A stretch of DNA of 64,000 nucleotides from Alphaproteobacteria bacterium (lineage in GTDB: Bacteria; Pseudomonadota; Alphaproteobacteria; MPNO01; UBA830), in assembly GCA_965243135.1 (NCBI GenBank), contig OZ251539.1, forward strand, positions 4,000,001-4,064,000, read 5' to 3'. The notes under the pieces were generated by a model, which saw only the letters and a list, made by a program, of their open reading frames with translations, was not told where the DNA came from and ran no database searches. The translations under genes were made by a program, and so were the position numbers. Within the stretch, counting starts at the first letter, position 1. Each line of letters starts with the position of its first letter. Below, one piece after another: positions 1 through 11,471 of this stretch.

Positions 1-248
1 TTCAGCCGGGCCACCATCCGGGCCACCGTCGGGTTGGTGACGCCCAGCCGCCTGGCGATGTCGACGGATCGCGCCTCGCCCGTGGAATCGATCAAGTCGG
101 CGATCAGCTCGACGTAGTCCTCCATCACCTCCGTTTGCCGCGCTTCGCGAACCTGCCGGTGGTGATCCGCCTGGGTGTGGGGTTCGGGCAGAACCGGAGC
201 GATCGGCGGACGCCGGTCGGCGGGGTTGATCCTGAGCTTTCCCGGCAT
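1..248 (-). CDS. mntR: MntR/DtxR-family manganese-responsive transcriptional regulator (5' part, runs off window)
   Basis: Own translation from ATG 248: ...[54 protein letters not shown], matching the proteobacterial MntR N-terminal HTH. Confidence 0.88.
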   Translation of the reverse strand, partial: MPGKLRINPADRRPPIAPVLPEPHTQADHHRQVREARQTEVMEDYVELIADLIDSTGEARSVDIARRLGVTNPTVARMVARL

Positions 249-268
249 GCCGCAGGCGGCCCGGCGCC

Positions 269-892
269 CTACGGCGTCCCGCGCCCGGGAGACAGCGAGC
301 ACCGGCCCCTGTCCGGGTTGGGCTCGACCGTTCGACCGAGACGCTCCGCCAGATCGTCGGCGCCGCCGACATAGGAGCCGTCAAGCCAGATCTGGGGAAC
401 CGTCACCGGGGTTTTCGAACCGATCAGCGGTTTCACCCGTCCGAGCATCTCGTAGAGCGCCCGCGGCTCCCGAACGACATCGTGATACTTGTAATCGAAA
501 CCGGCTTCGTCGAGGTAGCCTTTGGCGCGCACGCAATGGGGGCAGGTCGCCTTTCCGAACAGATGGTCGCCGCGGATGGACGCGCGGCCGACATGCGCTT
601 CGATCACCGCTTCGGTCAACAGGCCGCGGTTGAGCGCGTGACCCTGGCTGACCACCTTGCCCTCGACCATGACGATCGGCGCGTGCCAGCCGCCGGCCCG
701 CAACGGGCGCCACCATTCGGAGAGCCATTCCCGGGTGTCGAGTTCGACCGGGATGCCTTCGAGCTCGCGCGCGAAGGCGTCGTTGAGGACGTCGGTCGTC
801 AGCGAGCACTCGCCGCACGGGATTTTCACGCTGAAGGGCCCCCAACGCCCGGCCCAGCGATAAAGGGTTACCCTGACCGAACCGTCCGGCAT
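269..892 (-). CDS. Glutaredoxin/thioredoxin-fold protein with two CxxC motifs
   Basis: CGEC in the N-terminal domain; CPHC and TVPQIW..G..VGG glutaredoxin motifs in the C-terminal domain; start chosen at ATG 892. Confidence 0.8.
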   Translation of the reverse strand: MPDGSVRVTLYRWAGRWGPFSVKIPCGECSLTTDVLNDAFARELEGIPVELDTREWLSEWWRPLRAGGWHAPIVMVEGKVVSQGHALNRGLLTEAVIEAHVGRASIRGDHLFGKATCPHCVRAKGYLDEAGFDYKYHDVVREPRALYEMLGRVKPLIGSKTPVTVPQIWLDGSYVGGADDLAERLGRTVEPNPDRGRCSLSPGRGTP

Positions 893-1457
893 GCGTTCCG
901 TGTCTCCTGTCGCGGCGCGTTCCGCTCCAACCTGCGGGCCGCTCGAAGGCTGGAATTCCTCTGGAATACTGCAATTCCGCTCCGAAGCCAACAATATATC
1001 CGCGGGACGCCGCGCCGACATCGCCCAAGCCGCCCGAACTCCGGGCCCCGTCGGCGCGCAGGCAGGCCGTCCAGTGCCGAAAGTCCGGCTGGCGGGCTAT
1101 ACTTGCTTCTTCAGCCGCGCGACCGGCCGTTCCATCGATGCCGTCCAAGGAGTTTGGTTTTCCGGGAAACCGGCGACGGCGAAGGCGGCGCGAAGACGGG
1201 ACGGATTTTGGAAATCTGCGTCATGAGGCCGCCGTACACCATCACGCCGAACATTCTTTCACGCGTCGAGCAAGTCGGCGAAGCGATCGGCAGAGCGGAA
1301 GCCGCAGGGATTTCGCAAGACTCGCACACGCGGCGAAGCAATCGAATTCGCGCGATTCGCGGTTCGCTGGCCATCGAAGGCAATATCCTCAGCGAGGAGC
1401 AGGTCGCGACGATTCTCGACGGCAAACCCGTCGCCGCTCCGCTCAAAGACATTCAGG

Positions 1458-3107
1458 GGGTGCAGTTCTATTTTTGTAAAATCCTGTTTCGTTCCGGAAA
1501 AAGGATTCCCGCCGTCAGGCCGCGACGGCGGGCCCGGTTTTCGTTTGCGGCATGCGTTCCGGTCATCGCCCGCCACGCGGCGTCGAAGCGGCCCGACACC
1601 GCCCTGAAGGTAAGGACGTTCTGACCGCCCTCAAGGCTCCAGCGCTGGCCCGCCCGTTTCATGCGCTGGTTGACCAGCACCTTGTTGGCGGCCTCCACGA
1701 CGCCCGACCCGACCGGGTAGCCCTTGGCCTTGAGGCTGGCGTAGTGCATGCGGCCCCTGTTCTTGCGGAAGAATGCGAGCTCGCGGTCAAGAATCTTGAG
1801 CGCCGGCCGCCCTGCTGCGGAGATCGCCCGGACGACCTTGTCGACGCCCTTTTCGTCGTCGCGCAGGACGGCACGGTATCTGTCGTACCAGTCGGTTGCG
1901 ACCGCGTGGTCGGCAACCTCAGCGAGGTGTTCGCATGCATGGAAGAAGTCGATCGCCCGTTCGTCGGGCTGAAGCTCCTCAAGAAACGTCCAGTTGTCGG
2001 GCGCGGCGTCGGCGACGGCGACCAGCGGCAGGTCGGGCCGCGCTTTCCGGACATGGGCGACCTCGGCGGCGAGCTGCTCCTTCAGCGTCGCCTTGCCGGC
2101 TTCCGGCATGCGCGCAAGGCTCACCGTTCTCAGGCGATTGCCGTCCGCATCGTGGAAGCTGACGGTTCCGCAGGACGCCTCGCGCCAGCACGCTTCCCTG
2201 TCCCCGTCGGGGCGAAGCGGAACCATGACGCCATCGAGCGAGACGGTGCAGGAAGCCGCTTCCTCCGGCACCGTTTCCGCTTCGCGAATGGCGTCCCTGG
2301 CTGTGCTCTCCTTCTCGTTCCAGCGCTCGCCCGCCCTCGTCAACAGACGCGCAACTCAACGACGGGTTCATGCCTCCCAGCTGTTTGAGGATTTTGGCCC
2401 CGTCCGCCGGCGTGCAGTGGCACAGGAGCATAAGTGCGCCGTGCGCCGCCCGTGAGGTACTTGTCGAACAGGCCCAGGCTTTCATCGACCGGCGAGAACG
2501 ACGGGCTTCCCGGCGACCGGTACAGCGGACGCAAGAACTTGACCGGACCGAACAACGTGTGAATGGTTTGTCGCCTCGGTGGACCGGTAGAAGACCCGGC
2601 CGTGGACCGGGCCGACGTTCTCGTCCCGGTCCTCGACATGCTTCACCGCGCGACCGAGCCCCCCGCTCGTGCAGCCCGATTTCGAAATCGGCAAACGCCT
2701 CGGGACCCTCTCGTTCGGCCCCTTCGCCGAGGAAAGCCGCGAAGGACTGGAACGCTTCGGCGGCCTCGCCCCCTTTCCCGAGGAAGGCCGCGAACGTCTG
2801 CAACGCTTCGGCGGCTTCCCGAGAGAAAGTCGAAAGATCTATGGACAAGCCGGTCGAAAGCTGCGATACTGACATGGGAATGCTCCTGATGTTGTGGTTG
2901 AGCACCAACATTATGCCGCATCTTGCGGCTTGGAGCATTCTTTTTTCGTCCTCCGGCCCCGTTGTCGTGACAAAATCCGCGCCCGGAACGGCGTTTTGTC
3001 ACGAAATCGCTGATTTCGGCCTTGAAGCGCCGCGGCCCAAACCCGAATAATTATTGAAAATCAACGCACTGCAGGTTTTTCTATTTTACAATTCTAGACC
3101 TGCACCC
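1458..3107 (-). mobile_element. ISKra4-like insertion sequence
   Basis: Imperfect terminal inverted repeats GGGTGCAGnTCTA...TTGTAAAAT at both ends; 8-bp target duplication CATTCAGG (1450-1457 and 3108-3115). Confidence 0.85.
1468..2875 (-). pseudogene. ISKra4-family DDE transposase, frameshifted
   Basis: Motifs SLDGVMVP, VADAAPDNW, IDFFHACEHL, GYPVGSGVVEAANK, QRMKRAGQRWS spread over several frames. Confidence 0.8.
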
Positions 3108-4516
3108 CATTCAGGAAGTCCGCAACGCGATACGAACCTACGACCGGGAATGGGATCCCGGCAGCGAGGACGACCTTTTGCGCGCCCACCGGATTCTGAT
3201 GGAAGGATTGCTGGATGCGCCCGAAACGTATCGCCGTACGAACGTCACCGTCGCCGGAGGAGGCACGGTTCACCACATCGGGCCGCCTCCTGGGCGCGTC
3301 CCGGAACTCATGGCCAACCTGTTCGCGTGGCTGAACGGCACGGACGAGCATCCGCTGATCGCCAGCTCCGTCTTCCACTACGAGTTCGAGTTCATCCATC
3401 CGTTCGAGGACGGCAACGGGAGGATAGGACGACTGTGGCAAACCCTGATTTTGACCCGCTGGAAACGGCTGTTCGCTCATGTTCCCGTGGAAAGCCTGAG
3501 TTCATGCCCATCAGAACGAATACTACGAAGCTATCAGGCGGAGTTCCGCAAACGGCGAAAGCGCGCCGTTCATCGCGTTCATGCTGGATATCATTCTGCA
3601 GACGCTCCGGATCCCTCCGTCGCAGGCAGGCGACCAAGAAAGCGATCAGGTAGCGCGATTGCTCGCCGTCTTGCGCAAGGGTCCGAAAACGGCGGCGGAA
3701 CTCATGGCGGCGATGGGATTGTCCCATCGTCCCTCATTTCGCAGAAACTACGTTCGGCCGGCGATATCCGCGGGCCTCGTAAGCATGACACGCCCGGAAT
3801 CTCCTACCGCGAAGAACCAGCGATATCGAATTACCGAGCGCGGGAAGAAGGAAGAAAGGCGCCGAAAACGAAAAGCGAATTCCGGCCACTGAAGATCGAC
3901 CCGACTTCACAATCGGAGGAAAACCCCGAAAATTGGCATGGACAACACAGGGGGCTCGACAGGAGCGATTCGCGAACAGCGGCTTCAGGAAGATCCGCGC
4001 GATACCGCCCCACGCCGCCCCGCAATCATGCCGTTCCTGCGTAATTCTCTTTCCCTGCGACGGGAATCTGCGGCGGCGCGGAGCGACAATCCCGTCAAGC
4101 CGGCGAAGTCGTGCCTCTGGCCGGTCTGAGCGCAACGCTGGAGCGCTTCGAGGCAGGGCAATGACCCGTGAAGCCGCAATGCCCGTCATGGCGGCTTGCC
4201 GCCCGGACCTGGTGCGTTCGACCGGACATTCTCCGGCGGGCCCGCATTCACGCCGTGGACAGCCGACCCGAGAAACGGATTTCACGTACGGTCGAGGAAC
4301 GCGGGATTTCGCTCCGTCATCCGCAAAATATTTTACGCCGCGGACGCCAAGAAACGCGACGTCGCGCCAAGCAGGAGAATATCCGAGCTTTACCGGCTGC
4401 CGCCCTTTCCTGCGGATTTCTCCGAAAGCCGCGGCAGCCAGATTAGACTGGAAAGGCCGATATGGGAAACTGCGGAAGCATTCGCTTCAACGAGGGAAAA
4501 AACAGGAGGATAACCG

Positions 4517-5065
4517 ATGCCGAACTACCAAGGAGAACTGGACGGGCTGTGCGGCGTGTACGCCATCGTCAATGCATATGAAATCTGCCTTTCCGATCTT
4601 GCGAACAATCCTGAAAAGAAACTGGACCGGATATTTCGGACTGCCTGCCGGGCGTTGGAAAGGAAAGCATGGCCGGAAACGCTGTGGCAGGGGACGAGCT
4701 TTGGCGAGATGCGGCGGATGATCTCCAAATGCGAAAAACGCATGAAGTATCGGAGTTTCGTCATAACCCCGAAGTATCCATTTCTGAAGAAACCTCCGCG
4801 CAACACCAAGGAATACTGGAAAAGGTTTACAAATGAATTCTGCAAGAACGGATTTTGCTGCGCCATCATCGGCGTAGAGAAGCCCGCCGCCCATTGGGTC
4901 GTCGTGGAACCCACGATCGGAGGCGACATCCTGTTTTCCGACTCAGGCGGTCCAGACTCGAAGCAAGTATACAGGATGGACGCGCAATCGATACGCGGGG
5001 GAAAGGGAGGAGAAATCAAAGTTAACCTTCAGGAAGTCATAATCTTTAGAAGAATCTTTGAATAG
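4517..5065 (+). CDS. Hypothetical protein with papain-like (Cys-His-Asp) peptidase signature
   Basis: RBS AGGAGG upstream; YQGELDGLCGVYAIVNA ... HWVVV ... ILFSDS; visibly more AT-rich than its flanks. Confidence 0.6.
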   Translation: MPNYQGELDGLCGVYAIVNAYEICLSDLANNPEKKLDRIFRTACRALERKAWPETLWQGTSFGEMRRMISKCEKRMKYRSFVITPKYPFLKKPPRNTKEYWKRFTNEFCKNGFCCAIIGVEKPAAHWVVVEPTIGGDILFSDSGGPDSKQVYRMDAQSIRGGKGGEIKVNLQEVIIFRRIFE

Positions 5066-5212
5066 TTCGGAGACGTTTCGGGACCGCTCTGAGGCCTGGA
5101 TCTCGATGTCTTTCAAAAAAACTGTGCGTCTGGTAAAAGGCGCGGCGAACGAGCGGCTAGCGCTTCAATTTTCGCAAACGCCCGATCCATGAGTTAGAAA
5201 GGGGAAACGCAA

Positions 5213-5707
5213 ATGAAAAAACCTATCGAGAATTGCTACTGGGTCGTCCCCGGCAAATTGCTTGCCGGGGAATATCCAGGCGCTATAGACGAGGCGGCGG
5301 CCAGAGAAAAGGTGGCGAAACTGACCGACGCGGGTGTCGCAGCGTTCATTGATCTGACCGAGGAGTGCGAATTGGCGCCTTACGCAGCCTGGACGGGCCA
5401 AGCCGAACATCTGCGCTTTGGCATTCCGGACGTCAGCATCCCGTCGTCGAGCGAGCGAACCGCCGCGACGCTGGACGCCATCGACGAACGCATGAAAGCC
5501 GGAAAACTTGTCTATGTCCATTGTTGGGGCGGCGTCGGCCGCACGGGCCTCATTATCGGCTGCTGGCTCGCCCGGCACTGCGGTTCGGGAAGCGAGGCGT
5601 TGAAACGGGTCGCCGAATTGTGGAAAACCTGCCCGAAGTCGAAGCGAATTCCGAAATCGCCTGAAACGCCGGATCAGAAGGATTACGTCCGCAACTGGCG
5701 AATTTGA
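5213..5707 (+). CDS. Dual-specificity/tyrosine protein phosphatase family
   Basis: CX5R motif VHCWGGVGRTG; N-terminal YWVVPGKLLAGEYPG; C-terminal PETPDQ. Confidence 0.9.
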   Translation: MKKPIENCYWVVPGKLLAGEYPGAIDEAAAREKVAKLTDAGVAAFIDLTEECELAPYAAWTGQAEHLRFGIPDVSIPSSSERTAATLDAIDERMKAGKLVYVHCWGGVGRTGLIIGCWLARHCGSGSEALKRVAELWKTCPKSKRIPKSPETPDQKDYVRNWRI

Positions 5708-5953
5708 CGACGCTGCGATGGCTCCTGTCGCGGCCGGACCTCGGCGTGAGCGACGCCATCGCAGCAGCAGTGGCCAATGCAGGCACCCGATCGACGCGCT
5801 GTGTGGAACTTCCCGGACCCCTGACCTGACGCGGAGCCCTGACTGCCGTCAGGATGTCATGGCCTCACGCCCCCCAACACAGCGAAGCGCCGGATTGGTT
5901 CGATGCGTTGCGATACGCTACGCTGAAGCGCTCGCAAAATCCGGACAAGAGGG

Positions 5954-6886
5954 ATGACGATAGCGCAGCAGGCCCGTTACCGCGGGTGCATGATGGGGCT
6001 CGCCGCAGGCGACGCGGTTGGAACGACGGTGGAATTCAAGCCGCCGGGAGCCTTCGAACCCGTCACCGACATGGTGGGCGGAGGGCCGTTCAATCTTGAT
6101 CCCGGCGAATGGACGGACGACACCTCGATGGCCCTCTGCCTGGCCGAAAGCCTGATCGAATGCGGCGGCTTCAATCCGAGGGATCAGATGGACCGCTATG
6201 TCCGCTGGCGGCGGGAAGGCTACCTGAGCAGCAACGGCGTGTGTTTCGATATCGGCAATACCGTCCGCGCAGCTCTCAACCGTTACGAAAATACCGGGGA
6301 TCCCTTCGCAGGTTCCACCGACCCCGACTCCGCTGGCAACGGCAGCCTCATGCGGCTGGCGCCCGTTCCTCTGTTTTTCGCGCCCGACCCGGAAGAGGCT
6401 ATCCGCATGAGCGGAGAAAGCTCCCGAACGACGCACGGAGCGCAAACCTGCGTTGACGCCTGCCGTTATTTCGCCGGGCTGATCGTGGGCGCGCTGCAGG
6501 GCGCCGACAAAGAGGAATTGCTGTCGGCGCACTATTCGCCCGTCAAGGAAATGTGGAGTACGGATCCGCTATGCCGACAAATCGACGAGGTCGCGAGCGG
6601 TTCCTTCCAAAGCAAAGAGCCGCCGGATATCGCCGGAACCGGGTATGTCGTGCAATCGCTGGAGGCAGCTCTCTGGGCGTTTTCCAAGGCGGACAACTTC
6701 GAGGAGGGTTGTCTGCTTGCCGTCAATCTGGGCGACGATGCGGACACGACGGGCGCCATCTACGGGCAGATCGCCGGAGCGTATTTCGGGATAGACGGAA
6801 TTCCGCTGGGCTGGCGCGAACGCATCGTACTTGACGACACCATAGTCCGTTTCGCTGACGCCCTGCTGTCGCGCGGAAAGGTCTAA
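5954..6886 (+). CDS. ADP-ribosylglycohydrolase (ARH/DraG family)
   Basis: [24 protein letters not shown] and GDDADTTGA metal-binding motifs. Confidence 0.93.
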   Translation: MTIAQQARYRGCMMGLAAGDAVGTTVEFKPPGAFEPVTDMVGGGPFNLDPGEWTDDTSMALCLAESLIECGGFNPRDQMDRYVRWRREGYLSSNGVCFDIGNTVRAALNRYENTGDPFAGSTDPDSAGNGSLMRLAPVPLFFAPDPEEAIRMSGESSRTTHGAQTCVDACRYFAGLIVGALQGADKEELLSAHYSPVKEMWSTDPLCRQIDEVASGSFQSKEPPDIAGTGYVVQSLEAALWAFSKADNFEEGCLLAVNLGDDADTTGAIYGQIAGAYFGIDGIPLGWRERIVLDDTIVRFADALLSRGKV

Positions 6887-7549
6887 CCTCGCGGAGCCGA
6901 TTGAGACGGTCCAGACTGCAACGGGAAGCGGATAGCCTGTTACAGCTTGTAATCTCCTGAATGCCTCGTGAACCAGTCACCGATTAAAATCGTGTTTCGC
7001 CGCGTCCAGAAATCGCCGCCCGAGGATCGCGTCAACGGCAGGCCGTTCCGCCTTCTTTCCCGCCGGATCCATTGCCTGCGCCGCCAGTAATTCGACGATA
7101 TTCGGACGACGTTGCGCCGGAAGCGTTTCCGTACCGCAGGAAAGGACCGGTCTCCACTGCGGCGCGGTCCAGCAAAAATGGCGTTCCTGCGGGACTGCGC
7201 CGGAGACGCGGATGCCGTCCGGCTCATTTCGATGCAGCGAGAGGCGACGCCGTCGTTTTCGGCGCTTCGGCATCGTGCGAGGTCAGGGTCCTGCCTGTCC
7301 TTCGGCAGCGCCGCCAAGCCAAGAACACATCGTCGTCCGAACTGCGTAGTGGCGCGGCGCAGGCTGGAGGCCGACCTGCATCATGCGGCCGATCCGTTCC
7401 GTCTCCCGGCGAGCGGTCTCGAAGTCGGAGCCCCCATGTCGCGAGAAACGGCAAGAGCGAACGCCGGGACGGCGGCGTCGCCGAAACCGGCTCCGTCCGC
7501 ATTCGCCGCACGAACGCCGGATGGAACGCTCCACCCGGCAAAACAGACC

Positions 7550-8413
7550 TCAGCCGTACCGCTTCTCGAACTCGACGACGTCGCCGAAACCCATCAGGTC
7601 ATTGAATTCGCTGAACGGGAACAAGCCGATTTCCCCGGCTTCCCCGTCGTTCCGAAGCGAGCCGTAGACGGAGGTCAGGGCCTCGCAGGCGGCGAGGAAG
7701 CCGGCCGCCGGGAAAATCGCGATCCGGTAGCCAAGCTCAGCGAGTTCGGCGGCCGTCATCAACGGCGTGGCGCCGCCTTGAACCATGTTCGCCAGAAGCG
7801 CCACGTCTCCGCCGAACCGGCGGACGATGTCCCGCATTTCGTCCGCGTCCGCGGGCGCCTCGCAGAACAGAATGTCGGCGCCGGCCTCGACATACAGCTC
7901 GGCGCGCCGCATCGCCTCGTCGCGGCCGACCGCGCGGCGCGCATCGGTGCGGGCGATGATCAGCGTGTCGCCCGACAGGCGGCTGTCGAGCGCCACCTTG
8001 ATCTTGACGACCATGTCCTCCGCCGGAACCAACCGCTGGCCGGACAGATGGCCGCATTTCTTGGGAAAATCCTGGTCCTCGATCTGAATGGCGGCAACGC
8101 CCGCCATCTCGTACCCGCGCACGGTCTCCCGCACGTTCACCGGACCGCCGTAGCCGGTGTCGGCGTCGGCGATCAGGGGAGTCGCGGTGCCGCCGGCGAT
8201 GCGCCCCGCGCGCGCCACCATGTCCGTGTAGGTCGCGATGCCGGCGTCCGGCAATCCGAGATGCGACGCGACCGTGCCGGATCCCGTCATGTAGAGGGCG
8301 CGAAACCCCATGCGGTCGGCGATCTTCGCCGAAATCATGTCGAATACCCCGGGCGCCGTGACGAAATCGCTCCCGTTTCTGATCGTGTCGGCGAGAGTGG
8401 AACCTGCGGTCAA
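7550..8413 (-). CDS. Isocitrate lyase/PEP mutase family C-C lyase
   Basis: IADADTGYG, IEDQDFPKKCGH, IIARTDAR; TTG start overlapping the amidase stop. Confidence 0.88.
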   Translation of the reverse strand: MTAGSTLADTIRNGSDFVTAPGVFDMISAKIADRMGFRALYMTGSGTVASHLGLPDAGIATYTDMVARAGRIAGGTATPLIADADTGYGGPVNVRETVRGYEMAGVAAIQIEDQDFPKKCGHLSGQRLVPAEDMVVKIKVALDSRLSGDTLIIARTDARRAVGRDEAMRRAELYVEAGADILFCEAPADADEMRDIVRRFGGDVALLANMVQGGATPLMTAAELAELGYRIAIFPAAGFLAACEALTSVYGSLRNDGEAGEIGLFPFSEFNDLMGFGDVVEFEKRYG

Positions 8414-9708
8414 TGTTGCCTCCCGGGCCGTGCGGCCCTCTCCTGCAATACTTGGTGAATGTCCGCCGCGCGGGCGATCAGAGCCGCGTCGTCGCCCTGC
8501 CGCGAGACGAGCTGCACGCCGACCGGCATGCCTGCGGGGCCGCGCGACGTCGGCAAGGCGACGGCCGGGCCATGCATCAGAGTCCAGATCCGGTTGAAGG
8601 ACGATACCGAAACGCTCTCGAGATCGGCGGGGGCCTCGCCGGCGGCGGACGGCGTCAGCAACACCGGAAACCTTTCGTAGATATCGCCCATCGCCGTTCG
8701 CGCCGTCGCCGCGACGGCCAGCGCGTCTTCGTATTCGGCCTCCGTCCAGGCCGACTCGCCGATCGCCCGAAGCCAGTGATTCATCGTATCCATGCGCTCC
8801 CGGAATTCGCGAGCGAGCGCTCTCTTGCCTTCGTAATTCGAAACGACCCGGAACGCTCTTTCGACCGCGTCGAAAGCGAACGGCAAATCCGCGTCCGCGA
8901 CCTCGTAGCCCGCCGCGGCAAGCGCCGCGGCGGCGTCCTCGACCGCTTCCTTCGCGCACGGCTCCGCCTCTTCCCAGGCGGCGGTGCGGCAGACGCCGAC
9001 CCGCGGCCGGGATGCGGAGGCCCGGACGCCCGTAAGGGCGCCGTGAACGAGGGCGATATCGGCAACCGACCGTGCGAAGAAACCCAGCGTGTCGAGAGCG
9101 GGCTTCAACGCCCTGATGCCGCCGCGATCGAGCCCGTCGAGACTCGCCTTGTAGCCGACGACGCCGCAGAAGGCCGCGGGAAGTATCACCGAGCCGCCCG
9201 TCTGGGTGCCGTTGGCCAACGGCGCCATGAAATCCGCCACCGCCGCGGCGGAACCGCTCGACGAAACGCCCGGGGTTCGGGCGGCGTCGCGCGGGTTGCG
9301 AACGCCCGCGGGAACGGGACTGGCGAACTCGGTCGTCGCGGTCTTGCCGAGAACGACGGCGCCCGCCGCCCTCAGCGCGGCGACGCAGGCGGAATCCGCC
9401 GCCGGGCGATGATCCCGATAGATGACCGAACCGTATTCGGTCGGCATGTCGAAAGTGTCCAGCACGTCCTTCACGCCGACCGGAACGCCGTGCAGCGGGC
9501 CCGCCGGTCCGGACGCGTCTCTGGAGCGCGCCTGCGCGAGCGCCTGGTCCGGATCGACGAAGCGCCAGGCCCCCAATTGCCCGTCGCGCGCTTCGATGCG
9601 CGCGAGACAGTCCGAGACCAGCGCCTCCGACGTGATCGCGCCGGAAGCGATCCGCGTCGCCGCTTCCGTCGCCGTGAGGCGATTGAGTCCGTCGCCGTGA
9701 AACTCCAA
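8410..9708 (-). CDS. Amidase signature family protein
   Basis: GPLHGVPVGVKD, TPGVSSSGSAAAVA, GTQTGGSV..PAAFCGVVGYK; start approximate (TTG). Confidence 0.88.
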   Translation of the reverse strand: MEFHGDGLNRLTATEAATRIASGAITSEALVSDCLARIEARDGQLGAWRFVDPDQALAQARSRDASGPAGPLHGVPVGVKDVLDTFDMPTEYGSVIYRDHRPAADSACVAALRAAGAVVLGKTATTEFASPVPAGVRNPRDAARTPGVSSSGSAAAVADFMAPLANGTQTGGSVILPAAFCGVVGYKASLDGLDRGGIRALKPALDTLGFFARSVADIALVHGALTGVRASASRPRVGVCRTAAWEEAEPCAKEAVEDAAAALAAAGYEVADADLPFAFDAVERAFRVVSNYEGKRALAREFRERMDTMNHWLRAIGESAWTEAEYEDALAVAATARTAMGDIYERFPVLLTPSAAGEAPADLESVSVSSFNRIWTLMHGPAVALPTSRGPAGMPVGVQLVSRQGDDAALIARAADIHQVLQERAARPGRQH

Positions 9709-9781
9709 AATCCGGCTCCTCCGCGCCTTCGCTCCGAACCGTCGGCGCCGCCTTGACGGTCCGCCGTCGCCGGGGCCGCGT

Positions 9782-11374
9782 CTATCCGTCCGACGACGCC
9801 CGGAGCTTGAACCGCTGGATCTTTCCGGTCGCCGTCTTGGGCAATTCCTCGACGAAACGAAACCAGCGCGGGTACTTGTACCGTGCAAGCCCCGACTTGC
9901 AATGTTCGAGCAGTTCGGCTTCGAGCTCGGCGCTGGCGGTGCCGTGGTCCTTGAGAACGACGTGCGCTTCGGGCTTCACCAAGCCGTCGTCGTCCTCGCG
10001 TCCGACGACGCCGGCTTCGAGGACGCCGGGATGATCGATCAGGCGGGACTCGATCTCGATCGGAGAGCACCAGATGCCGCCTACCTTGATCATGTCGTCG
10101 GACCGGCCGCAATACACGTAGTATCCGTCCTCGTCCTGCATGTAGGTGTCGCCGGTGTTCAGCCAGTCGTCGCCCAGCATCGTGGACGCGGTGCGCTCGG
10201 GTTGGTTCCAGTAGTGCGCGGCGACCGACTCTCCCTGCACCCAGAGGCGGCCGATCCCGCCCGGCGGCGCGTCGGCGCCGGCCTCGTCGACGATGCGCGC
10301 CCGGTAGCCGGGTATCACCTTGCCGCTCGTGCCCGGCCGAATGTCCGCCTGCGTGTTGGAGATGAAGATGTGAGTCGCTTCGGTCGAGCCGATTCCGTCG
10401 ATGAGGGGCAGCCCCACCTTCTCCTTCCACCGATGGAAGATGGGGGCCGGCAACGCTTCCCCCGCCGAAATGCACAGGCGCAGGCTGGAGAGGTCGGGCG
10501 TCGATTCCTCCAGCGCCCGGCATTGGGCGGCGTACAGCGTCGGCACCCCGAAATAGATCGTGGGACGGAAGGTTTCGATGATCCGGAACGTCATCTCCGG
10601 AGTCGGGCGCTCGTCCGACAGCACGGCGCAGGCGCCGTAGGCCAGAGGAAAGTTCATCGAGTTGGCGAGTCCGTAGGCGAAAAACAGCTTTGCGGCCGAG
10701 AACACGACGTCGTCCTCGGTCAGGCCGAGCACGTTTTCGGAATACAGGACGGAGTTGACGAGCAAATCGCGCTGCCGATGCACGGTGCCCTTGGGCCTGC
10801 CGGTCGAGCCGGAGGAGTAGAGCCAGAAGCATTCCTCCATGGCCGTCGACGGAAACGGCGACAGCGTCGGCGAAGCCGCCGCAAGGCGTTCCGCGACGCT
10901 CCCGGGTCCCTCCGTCCGGGCGACGAAGTCGGGCTTGCGCCGCGCCCCGGCCAGCGCCGCCTCGACCTCCTCCGCGAATTCGGGCGAATAGACCAGGGCC
11001 GCGCAGCCGGAATCCTCGATCATGTACCGGTAATCGACGGCGCGCAGCAACGTGTTGACCGGTATCGGCACGATGCCCGCCCTTATGGCGCCGTAGAACA
11101 GGTAGACGAATTCAGGGCAGTCCTTGACGATCATGACCATGCGCCCGCGCCGCCGGACGCCGGACGCCAGCAGCGCGTTGCCGCACTTTTTCACTCGCTC
11201 GGCGAGCGCGGCATAGGTGATGCGCTCCCCGTCCGCGACGTATGCGAGGCGGCTTCCCCGCCCCTCGTCGAGATGGCGGTCGATCATGTGAACCGACACG
11301 TTGAACGAATCCGCGAAGGAGAAGACCGGCGCTTCGCCATCGCGGTCGATCGCGACCGTGTTGGGTACCATCAC
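9782..11374 (-). CDS. Benzoate-CoA ligase family
   Basis: FWLYSSGSTGRPKG, AKLFFAYGL, DGIGSTE, LPKTATGKIQRFKLR; adjacent to boxB. Confidence 0.93.
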   Translation of the reverse strand: MMVPNTVAIDRDGEAPVFSFADSFNVSVHMIDRHLDEGRGSRLAYVADGERITYAALAERVKKCGNALLASGVRRRGRMVMIVKDCPEFVYLFYGAIRAGIVPIPVNTLLRAVDYRYMIEDSGCAALVYSPEFAEEVEAALAGARRKPDFVARTEGPGSVAERLAAASPTLSPFPSTAMEECFWLYSSGSTGRPKGTVHRQRDLLVNSVLYSENVLGLTEDDVVFSAAKLFFAYGLANSMNFPLAYGACAVLSDERPTPEMTFRIIETFRPTIYFGVPTLYAAQCRALEESTPDLSSLRLCISAGEALPAPIFHRWKEKVGLPLIDGIGSTEATHIFISNTQADIRPGTSGKVIPGYRARIVDEAGADAPPGGIGRLWVQGESVAAHYWNQPERTASTMLGDDWLNTGDTYMQDEDGYYVYCGRSDDMIKVGGIWCSPIEIESRLIDHPGVLEAGVVGREDDDGLVKPEAHVVLKDHGTASAELEAELLEHCKSGLARYKYPRWFRFVEELPKTATGKIQRFKLRASSDG

Positions 11375-11471
11375 TCCGCTCCCGAAAAGCCCGCCCGTCC
11401 TGTTTAGCGGTCTTCGGAACGTTCGTCCACCGCCCCGGGTTCGCCGGTTCGGCGGAGCGAACGGCGGAGGG

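Larger units (their letters stand above)
1223..3892 (+). pseudogene. Fic-family protein with C-terminal HTH, interrupted by an IS and further frameshifted
   Basis: N-terminus MRPPYTITPNIL...GSLAIEGN; removing the IS restores KDIQ-EVRNAIRTYDR; Fic motif HPFEDGNGRIGR near 3400; C-terminal PESPTAKNQRYRIT. Confidence 0.88.

Noticed and set aside
5954-6886. Nitrogenase-regulating draG
   Set aside because: No draT or nif genes are nearby, so only the family-level call is supported.
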